A stretch of 63,517 nt of DNA, the filler included, from Lenisia limosa (Eukaryota; Protista; Breviatea), in assembly GCA_001655205.1 (NCBI GenBank). It is 7 parts of 7 records of this genome, joined end to end, with 100 filler letters (N's around TTAATTAATTAA, not from the genome) between each part and the next. Parts side by side here need not be neighbours in the genome. Positions count along the whole stretch, not along the records: positions 43,202 to 54,790 come from LPNZ01007122.1; positions 54,891 to 58,133 come from LPNZ01003629.1; positions 58,234 to 63,517 come from LPNZ01003739.1; 4 more parts are not named here. The stretch is one strand, 5' to 3'. Position numbers and translations under genes: made by a program. A model generated the notes under the pieces. The model made no database searches, was not told the DNA's origin, and saw only the letters and a program-made list of their open reading frames with translations. This document shows positions 52,022-62,400 of this stretch, in pieces; positions within the stretch are counted from its first letter, which is position 1, and every line of letters begins with the position of its first letter.

Positions 52022-53412
52022 GTCTTCTATTTTCATTTGTTGTGGTTTTGTTACTCTATTTGTTTTCATTGGTAGGTGTGGCCTGGGGCAACAAAGAGTT
52101 CTAAATTATGACTTTTTATTTTTCGCAATATTTGTTTTATTGTCCAAGCGGATCTCTATGTCCGAATACGACAAAACCTGGGGCTTACCTCGAGAACTTC
52201 GTTGGAATTATGGAGTTGTAGATCGGAAACTCAATTCAATCCCTCACCGCTGGACATTCTATCACAGACTACAATGGGATTGTGGGATTCGATTTCAATT
52301 TAATTAAAGCTTGAATATGTATTGAATACAACACGTGGGACCGTATGTCAAAGAGAAGCGTCTGGAAGCATCATGACGAAGGACCTCTTCCTATCAAGTA
52401 GGTGCAGAGACTTCTTTATAAGGCAACAGAAACCGAATAAGCAAGCTTGTGCAGTTCAAGGTCCCTGCCACAGAAGGCACAGTCGCAGCGTCTACAGCCA
52501 ATGCCAACAGTGCAGTGACGTATGCTGTCGGGTACATCCGTTCCCTCTTGGCTGGTAGCGTTCCTCCGCTTGACGATCCGAGCTTCGATGCTGACGCGGA
52601 TGGAGTTTGCATGGGAATAATCTTCTCTTTTGCGTTTGCTGTAGCAAATGATACTTCTGCTAACAGTTCAGACTTCTTCTGATGAAGACGATATTGTTTA
52701 GGTAGGTATCAGCCATTCTTCCGTGATTCCTTTTTTAAAAAACTTAATCAACTAGAGATGTAATTGTCTGGTTTGTATTACCTGTGTGAATGATGGAGAT
52801 GTGCCATCATTTTGTGTTTTATGTTTTTCCTGTACCAGTAGTCATGTTAATGTTTGTATTCTTCCATTTCAAGAAGCATTGTGGGGTGGAGTAACATATG
52901 ATTTGAAGAAACGAAAGAATAACATTTGAGTCGATGAGGAAGAGGGTGAGTAGCCACTGTTCTTTAATATTTTATTTTTTTATCATGTTTCTTTTTGTGA
53001 TGAATATCACCCCACCCCAAGATATGCTGCTTTGGGATTTGTTGCAAGAAGTCATTACGAGTAAACAATACAAGTACAGATACATAACTAAAATACAATT
53101 ATTCCTCGGTTTTTGGAAACAACCGCTTTCCCTCAAAAATTGGAATTCGCTTCCTGATTAGTGAGCGTTCCGAGGAATTGCGTAGCGCAACACCCCTTCC
53201 ACTCCTTTTTACCAGACTCACTGATCACTAGTCGGTGATTTCCGTTGGGCTTGGTTGGGGTTAGTGTGTAGTCTACAATGGGGGCATTCAGGAGCTTGCG
53301 GAATGCTTGCCGGAGTGATGGCTTCCGCTGAAATGTTAACAATTAACCATCAATATACACTACAACACGATAGTGTATAGTACCTTAACTTGTTGCTATT
53401 CTTGAAAAGGAC

Positions 53413-53840
53413 CCTCTTACCGGTGGGAGATCGTCTGTGGTGCTTGTAGGAGAAGAGGGAGTATTACATTGCTAAAGGTCACAGTGAATGGAATGTACTT
53501 ATCACGGAATACAAAAAACACTCCATATTTGCATGAAGTAATATGATGATAAATATTAATCATACATTATTATACATTATGATATCTATCCATAATAGAA
53601 TATACTGTATAGTATATCCTCTTTTTGTTATTATGTACATAGTATATGATGAACATATTCGTAACACATTCCTATGAGAGGACATAGCATAAACTTATGT
53701 AGTTTTCTATCATAGAGTGTTTCCATCTCATGCATTTAATCTCAATTTTCGTCCCCCTTACTGGTGGGAGATCGTCTGTGGTGTTTGCCGGAGGATAAGA
53801 GGGAGTGTCTATATGCTAGAAAGGTCACAGTAAATGTGAA
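53413..53840. repeat. About 85-bp diverged direct repeat (53413-53497 and 53755-53840)
   Basis: cttac(c/t)ggtgggagatcgtctgtggtg...gagggagt...aaaggtcacagt occurs twice. Confidence 0.8.
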
Positions 53841-54033
53841 TACAAAATTATGCCAATAGTTTAAGTAAAATATGGTTTTGGCAATGTTTCATGATAGTCC
53901 ATAATTTGATACATCGATATAGGAATTGTGTCTTGAAGATGATGTCAGTCTTTGACAAGGGTGGGATATGAAACGATATGTTATATCATATATATCATAT
54001 ATTATATGCAATATCAATAATAGTATTATAATA

Positions 54034-54584
54034 TACTGCGTCCGTTCAAAATTCCGGTTTTTTTGCCAATTCCGGTTTTTAGACAATCTTGAAGTTNNNN
54101 NNNNNNNNNNNNNNNNNNNNNNNNNNNNNNNNNNNNNNNNNNNNNNNNNNNNNNNNNNNNNNNNNNNNNNNNNNNNNNNNNNNNNNNNNNNNNNNNGTCG
54201 TCAAAAAATATTTTGATAGGCTTGAGATATAATACTGGTAGGTCTAATATTAGTCAATTTTTGATAAGAATGTGGATATATCTCAAGCCTATCAAAATAT
54301 TTTTTGACGAAAACTGCATGAATCCATAGGTTTTAGAGGTTTGCGGTTTCAGAAAAGGGCGTTATTTGAAACAACGGGCATAAACACAAAAATATCATTT
54401 TTTTAAAGATTAGTCACGGAATATTTTGACCTTAAGGTCAAATTTTTTCAAAAAATAATAAAAAAATTTTGTCTTTCAAGATCCTTCTGTGGTTTCCACC
54501 ACTTTTTGAGAGAATTCAACTTCAAGATTGTCTAAAAACCGGAATTGGCAAAAAAACCGGAATTTTGAACGGACGCATATAGTA
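54034..54584. mobile_element. Non-autonomous Tc1/mariner (Stowaway-like) foldback element
   Basis: About 60-bp TIR TA-CTGCGTCCGTTCAAAATTCCGG...CTTGAAGTT, mirrored at about 54519-54577. The terminus resembles the Stowaway CTCCCTCCGTTC. A second internal inverted pair lies at about 54198-54232 / 54276-54310. Confidence 0.85.
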
Positions 54585-54890
54585 TGATATAATATCTTAT
54601 GTTTCTGTGGGTGATATAGCACATAGTCAATCAAAATATTTTTTTCAACATCAATGGATCTTTGATAAAACATTATTCATACTTGATTTCGCTCTTTATG
54701 ATCCAATAACTCTTGTACCTAAAATGGAGTAACTATGCCATTCCTTTTTGACCCACTTACAGGAGGGGGGTTCTCAGAGGAGGATGAAGGNNNNNNNNNN
54801 NNNNNNNNNNNNNNNNNNNNNNNNNNNNNNNNNNTTAATTAATTAANNNNNNNNNNNNNNNNNNNNNNNNNNNNNNNNNNNNNNNNNNNN

Positions 54891-57880
54891 GCATGAGGGG
54901 AACCCTTGATGAGCGCACTGATGAAACTGACTCGGCCCAGGTTGAGGGAGGGAGGGGTGCTGTTTGTTTTATTCTTATTATTCTTATTTATTTAATTATT
55001 TAATTATTTATTTGGTGGTGATGGGGTTTTTTTAGGGTGGGGTGGGGAAAAGGGGTGTCTCGTCAGCTTCAGCCAGGTACCCCATTTTCTTCACATTGCT
55101 TCACAAATTAAACTATAGCACGAATCTGTCAACCCCATCAAGAGCTTCACTTTAGGTTCAAAAAATGGCTGGATTTGCGATAACTCCTCGATAAATATCG
55201 ATATTTTTTCGTCTTTTGGAAGCGAAAGTGAAGCTCGTCCCACATCATGCGTAACACTTCAGGTTGCTCTTAGAGAAGCCAGAAAAGCAAGCCGAGAAGC
55301 TGAGATCCTTACCGCACGGGCTCAAGATGAATCTACCGTACTTTGGGGGGAACTTTTTCCTGTGTGTGATCATGTGACCTCATCGAATAATGAATGAGTA
55401 GCCGAGAATAGGGGAGTCGTGGGATGAATAAATGATAAATGGGGTAATTAGGGGAATTATAGTGTTTTGATTTTTCTCAAAGAAAATACCGATTGACTAT
55501 TTTCCGATATTTCCAAAGATATTCAAGAGTTCATCTTCTTCAGGAATTGGGACGAAAAATGGCCGCTGAAATTGCTAAAAATGGTCGGTGGCCTTGTGTA
55601 TATGTTTGACAACCTGTAAGCCTTGTATATGTACAGTGACCGCGATAAGAACTGACACGATTGAGTAAAGGTAGACTCGATATCCGTGTTAGAACATACC
55701 GCGGTCGGTGTAAATGTATAATAACAGGTGTTCCTGTTTGATTTGTTTTTTTATTTTTTGATTGGAACTCTAATGATGACGGACATGACTTATCATCACA
55801 TTCTTACATTTCTTTGTGTGTGTGTGGGTGGGTGGCGTCCATCTTCCTCACTGTTGTGTTTTGTTTAGTTGTTACCCTTTGTGGCACTAGAATTCTGACG
55901 CCATTATACTGATCTCTCATCATGAATAATACGACAATTTCAGAATTAACTTGTGTTGGTCTTCTGTTTTTTTTTTTTAATTCTTATTAACACCACAAAT
56001 GGTATTGGCTGATTTGATTTATCGAGCAATTTGGGATATGTGTGGGAAATTTCCATTTCTAATCATCAAAATCAATCCAACGACAAAAAATCGAAGAAGA
56101 GATACCTGGAGCTCGCTAAAAGCTCCTAAATGAATTAAGAGGGGACTAAAACAAAAAATATAGTACACTGAAATATCGCCATGTTCTTCGACTTCGCCTT
56201 CGTTCCATTTGAATTGGTTTCTTGACACCAACGATAGCTTGGATGTTGGGCTTCCCAACGGTCCGAAAAAGTCCGGTCAAATATCGATACTTATCGAGGA
56301 TTTATCGAGACATTCGGTCTTTTTTAGGACCGTAGGAAGGCTTACTTGTATGTCATTGTCATCAGGGTAGTAGACTCCAGCTTTCACGGTGGTGTGAATA
56401 CCAGTTTTTTTTGCAAACTCTATAACAATGAGGCTGCGACTATAACGTAAATGGTTGGGACAAGGTGTCATTTTCTAAAAGTTAGTATTGATTTTGTAAG
56501 CCCATGTTTCCATGAAATGATATTAGAACTAACACAATCACCTTTAATAAGGAAGTAAACAACAAATATATAATAGTAGTATTCATGTAATATGTATGTA
56601 CCTTTGACAGGTGTGGTGTAGTTCTTCCTGGTCATAGTGAGATGAGCGTGAACCTATCAATAAGTAAACAATTCGAGAAATATTCAAAACAGTTGATGTA
56701 CCTCTTGCAATTCTCCTGTCGAGGGATGGAGTGGTCGTACCATTGTCAATGCAACAAGTCTTGAGAGAGAAGTTAATGCGTTCATACTTGGCGTGGAAGA
56801 TGAAGGCATTCTACCAAACTCAACAAAGAAGCAAGCACCTGGTTTTTGTTCTGAAGTCCTGTTTTCCTGGCTGCTATTCCTGAAAATGAAAGGAAATGGC
56901 TCTTCGGAAATGAGCAACATCCAAAACCCTGTACAATAAATTTAATCAAGCCAACAGCTGTGGGCGGGTATTTTGTGCCGACGGACCATATCCTATGCAT
57001 GACGTACAGAGTAAATGATGAGCTTAGCTTGGTTGGTTACACTGACAAGGCGACAGGCATCGTATCGCCGGAAGTGAAGAAGACGAAGTCTGATTCCTAC
57101 AATCACGTCAAATCAAGGGTCGTAACCAATAGATTAAATAAAATCATGAGGGTGAAACGGAAAAGACAGGATTCGTGCTCCTTTTTTGTTTACTTTTTAT
57201 TATTATTATGTATTTTTTGTTGTTTGTTTTTTTATATCTTATGATTTTTGTTTATTTCTACACTATGACACACTTTCTCTCTCCTTTCAGCCACACGCAT
57301 CCCCCATACCCATTTCCCTTCACTTTTTCACCCTGTACGCTGGAGTGATTTGATGCATTGCTGCAGAAGCAACTGGCCTGGGCTTTGTTTGTTTTGTTAA
57401 CCCTCGTGTGTTGTCAGCCAACGGAGTTGATTATTATTTATTGTTTTTCGTTCCACAGTTTTCCCCATTTTTCACCCCCTCCCTCACTTTATTCATTTTA
57501 CCTCCTCAGCCGACCTAGAAGCGGAATTAGCTGAAAGCCATGCTGAGCTGAAGAACATAAAGGCCAGCCTTGATTCAATCAGACGCGAGGTGAGACCTGT
57601 TTTTGCATCCTTCCGTAAGGTTACCCCCCCCCCCCNNNNNNNNNNNNNNNNNNNNNNNNNNNNNNNNNNNNNNNNNNNNNNNNNNNNNNNNNNNNNNNNN
57701 NNNNNNNNNNNNNNNCAAACCCCAGCTTGACGACAACATTCACGATCTGGAGCGCGCGCGATCAGATTTAGCCTATGAATCCGCTCGAAATGACGATAAC
57801 GCTGCATCGCTGGCCGAGGCAACAGCAACTATTGCAGGATTGCGGAACAAAATCACTCTGGCTGAAAATGAAGTGGGAGG
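54891..57880 (+). CDS. Coiled-coil protein exons (partial)
   Basis: Exons RGTLDERTDETDSAQ; VALREARKASREAEILTARAQDEST; ADLEAELAESHAELKNIKASLDSIRRE; LDDNIHDLERARSDLAYESARNDDNAASLAEATATIAGLRNKITLAENE, with AG/GT ends. Confidence 0.6.
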
Positions 57881-58233
57881 ATTGGAGGGGGACAGTGTCT
57901 TCTTATAAGAGACAAAATATGCAGTACACTGTATTTTTTTTGTTTGTTTGTTTGTTTCTCTGGTCATTGAGTGATAACGTGTTATTGGTTCACAATATTG
58001 ATTATTTTGAAACTATGTATTCTTGTGTTTTTGTTTTTCGGTATTGCTTTCATTAATTATCGATTTCAACTCCTCGATCTCATCTTCTATCACATTCACC
58101 ACAACCTCAGAGTTATGGGATACGGTGTTGCTGNNNNNNNNNNNNNNNNNNNNNNNNNNNNNNNNNNNNNNNNNNNNTTAATTAATTAANNNNNNNNNNN
58201 NNNNNNNNNNNNNNNNNNNNNNNNNNNNNNNNN

Positions 58234-59088
58234 GTCTGCCGAGCCCCATTCGCGGCCGATTACGTCATCGCTGGTCACTGCTGGCCGAAACCGGTCCAGA
58301 GAACCGTATATTCGGCTCCATCTCTCCTGGTCCAAATTGCAAATGTCTAAGAAAATCTGGCGGGTAAGATTGGAAAATTTATGAACAAATTCCTTGTCGT
58401 ACCTGAAAGTCCCTCCGTAGGGACTCGGCCATATCCAGCATAAACGTTACAACCCTAACGGTCCGGGCTATGAAAGATTGGTGTGCTACCTCGGCTGCTT
58501 CCAGAGCTGGACCTGGAAACTGTATGAAACAAAAAAAAAGAGACCAACTCAGCTGAGTACTGCATCCCATCGTGAAACGAAGAAAATACTAATGTAGAGT
58601 TTTTGAATGAAAAAAAAAAAAACCCGTGAGAAACAAGCAATGGCGTTCAATGAATCGCAAATCAGTTATTCAACACCTCTCCCAAAACCACTTGAAAGCC
58701 TCTTTCTTTTCATTCTACTGGCTTTTACACCACTTCCCCCCTCCACTTTAACGGGTTTACAGACTTTTTTTGCCCAATACCACCCCTCGTAATATCATGC
58801 GTTACCCTCATGATATTGATCAACCCTTCTCTCCCACCCCAACCAACCTGAAAGACCCTCTTTCGGCAGGTCATTGAGCGACATAAACTGGTCCTTGATT
58901 GTCTTCAATGACGCTGCTGCAACCTCGCGATCAAAGTTCTCGCCAAAGCTCTCCGCAAGCTGCGACAGTGTATCATAAAATGCGTCGTTACTTGACGGTT
59001 GATCATGAGATGGGTCTCCTGGGATTGATTTTTGTGCTATAATGAGGTTAACAAAATGATTAGCCGAGCTTTCGAACCTGTGGTGCAT
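58234..59088 (-). CDS. Unknown helical protein, 5' exons, divergent from TOP1
   Basis: ORF 58795-59088 plus exons FPGPALEAAEVAHQSFIARTVRVVTFMLDMAESLRRDFQ and ICNLDQERWSRIYGSLDRFRPAV, with splice sites. Confidence 0.55.
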
Positions 59089-59489
59089 TGGAAGGACAGA
59101 AGTGCTACGATAAGCACGGTGAACACTCGACTTTGTAATATCATTCTTGTTATATGTGCATTGTCTGCTCTATTCGAAATTTCTGGTCAATAAAACAACT
59201 AATAAGACTGGAATTTACCTATTTACCATTATATATCTTTCAGCAGATCTGCAGCAGATTGAAACTTAAAAACCCGCCGCCGCCCTGACGTTTTTTGAAA
59301 TGTTTCGATTTTCCAAATCAAGCAAAAATCAGACATACTTGTTGATAATTTAGCCGTTTGTGGAGGTTGAAAGAAAGTTGAGTTTAAGCTTTCGGGGACA
59401 CTTCTTCTGAGCTGCTGTAAGGCGGTAATTGCAAGGTCCTAGCAATCTTAGAGCCAAATAATTAGGTTTTATTGACTAATCTTTTCACA

Positions 59490-62400
59490 ATGGGCAACAA
59501 CAAGGATATTGACGACTCCAAGGTAGTTTAAAAGCCTTCTCCTGTCATCATCACTTTAGTTTGATGAATCGAGCTCTGATGAAATGATTGCAGCACCTAA
59601 GGCTGCCAGCCTCAAGAGGACACGAGTGAAGGTGGCCGTGATCGCCTAACTCACTTCTTTCTTCTAACCCCCCTAGACTGAACCTACAAAGAAGGTGGAA
59701 TGCAATATTGATGAGGTTGGATGTGGGCTCTTGTGGTGGATTCTTTTGTTGTCTGGTGATCTTTTGGGGAATGGTTGATGAGGCGCCTTATTTCAAAGAA
59801 TGTGGCATGTTTCCGTTTATGTTGCTTTATTTGTCTCACAGTGCGTATTGACTTGTGATTCTTTTAAAAAAAAAATTGGAATTCTAATGAAATAGTTGGA
59901 ATTCTCCTTATTAACATGAGAATGCCATGTTACTGTGTTGAATTAGGACACTCCTCTGCTTCCAGCATTATTAGAGTATTATCATGCACGCGCATAAGCT
60001 TCATTTACACACGATCTTTTTATTTATTTCATAAATTGACTTTTTTAGTCTTCCGAAGATGAGTTTATTTCAACTAAGGTGGGCAGGCATTATACACATG
60101 TATACATGTATATTTATTTTATTGAATATTCATTTGCATAAGGGAGGGACTAATGCCATCTTATTATCATATCATATCCGTTATCATACCGGGGTGAAGC
60201 TGATGAAATGTTAACCGTATATTATCATCAGCAATAATTCAATAGCAATATTGAATATTATTTCATATCATATGGTATATTCCAAACTTTTTTGTTAGAC
60301 TGTCAATGTAATCTCGTACACATTATTTACTTATGTTGAGGGTTAATAAGTAATCTTTTCGGAATTGACGTTTTTGTAGAAGAGAAAGGCTGTAAAGAAG
60401 GAGAAAAAGGAGGTTTGGGGATTTGGTATGGAGTAAAGATGGCAATAAGTCACAGAAAGTTACAGAAATTCCGCATACAGAATATCGATAGTTATGTGGA
60501 CTTCGGAGCGTAGTATTTTTAATTTCTCCGTATGATAGTATGACATATTATAGGGCTTCACTTCGGTTCGAAAAAGTTTGTCAAAATTTCGATTTCGAAG
60601 ATTTATTGAGAAATGCAGTCTTTTTTCGAACCGAAGTGAAGCCCTCATGATATACACTGAGGTCATGAATGAATCATCATATATGATGTGGATCCATGGG
60701 TTTTATTTCTTTTAGGATAATTCAGATGACGATTTTGAAAGCAAAAAGGTGGAGGTGGGGGCAATATATAGGAAGGGGAGGCAAGCAGAAAGTTATATTA
60801 GGTAAAAAATTATATTGTGTACAAAGTTAGGTAAATAATTGGGTGAAATAATGTGATACTAGAATTCAATAGTTGAATTGACCGATTCACGGAAGTGCTA
60901 GGGCTTCACTTCGGTTCGAAAAAAGACTGAATTTCTCGATAAATTCTCGAAAACTATCAATATTTTTCTAGTTTTTTTTCAAACTAAGTGAAGCCTTAAG
61001 TAAAGCAATTGAATTGACCAGTTAACGAGTTCAGAAGACGCCAATCAAACGGGCTAAGAAGGAGGTGGGATGGTTGGCGAAATTTCCTTAAGCCCACTTT
61101 ATGTTTAAAGCAAGTACATCCATAATATTTTTTTTAAAAAAGTATATAATGATGTAGTTTTATTTCTTAATAATTTCCATTTTTCGGTTTGTAATTTCTC
61201 ACCCCCCCTTTTTACTCCTCCCCGCAGGTTGTAGACTCCGACAGTGATGGTGAAGAAGTTGCTACCCCAGCCAAGAAGAAAAAGAAGGTGGGGGGGGGGG
61301 NNNNNNNNNNNNNNNNNNNNNNNNNNNNNNNNNNNNNNNNNNNNNNNNNNNNNNNNNNNNNNNNNNNNNNNNNNNNNNNNNNNNNNNNNNNNNNNNNNNN
61401 NNNNNNNNNNNNNNNNNNNNNNNNNNNNNNNNNNNNNNNNNNNNNNNNNNNNNNNNNNNNNNNNNNNNNNNNNNNNNNNNNNNNNNNNNNNNNNAGAGAA
61501 GTTGTATTATAGCACGTATATTCAGCTTACATACACTACAGAAGGATATAATATATATACCAGCATGTATATTAGATATAATATATATACCAGCATGTAT
61601 ATTAAGCTTACATAAATAGCAAGGATATATACAGTATATATATATATATATATCATATATAATTATATGATAGAATATAGTAAGCGCTAGCTACCATATA
61701 TAATATATATAGCAAGAAAAGCTGCTGATCTCGAGAACCACGCGATACAATCGAATCAATAAGTCCCTGGAAGAGGAGCTTCCTGAAGTGAACAAAAGGT
61801 AGGGAGTGATGGGATGCGGTGCAGCAGAAGCGCCTGGCCTTGGCTTNNNNNNNNNNNNNNNNNNNNNNNNNNNNNNNNNNNNNNNNNNNNNNNNNNNNNN
61901 NNNNNNNNNNNNNNNNNNNNNNNNNNNNNNNNNNNNNNNNNATTTTACTCCCCCCGGTAAACCCTCGATAAACCCTCGATAAACCTTTGATAAACCCTCA
62001 ATAAATCCTCTATGAACCCTCGATAAACCCTTGATAAACCCTTGATAAACCCTTGATAAATCCTCGATAAACCCTTGATAGACCCTCGATAAACCTGTTG
62101 GTGGTGGAAACTATTTCTCATGAAGGATTGGGTGAATAAATATTATTCTATAATCCAATATCTCTTTTAAGCGTAATGGTGTGGACGGCTTCGGTCAGAT
62201 ACAACCATTTTTTTCATTTCTCATTGCGATATATGATGATGGTTTAACTCTTTCGACATGCAAAAAACTGACCACGATAAGCCCTGGTCTTTATTCAATC
62301 ATGCGACATACGTTTGATGATGTGATATGCAGTGACCTAATGAACGTGTAGATGGTGGAGAGTTGAGAGGCTTCCAGATGGAATTAAATGGCGCACGTTG

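Noticed and set aside
52449-52510. FKVPATEGTVAAST resembling HMG-CoA reductase VPMATTEGCLVAST
   Set aside because: The match needs deletions, and no other HMGR motif lies nearby.
56372-56450. VVDSSFHG as dUTPase motif III
   Set aside because: Motifs I, II, IV and V were not found.
9284-58189. TTAATTAATTAA palindrome recurring six times as a possible biological motif
   Set aside because: It is always centred in an exact 100-nt N block and has stops in all six frames, so it is an assembly concatenation linker.
60551-60998. GGTTCGA in the MITE ends as a tRNA/SINE B-box; the regular TIR repeats as a CRISPR-like array
   Set aside because: There is no A-box or cloverleaf, and the motif is part of a TIR. 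Copies are dispersed, not regularly spaced, and the context is eukaryotic.
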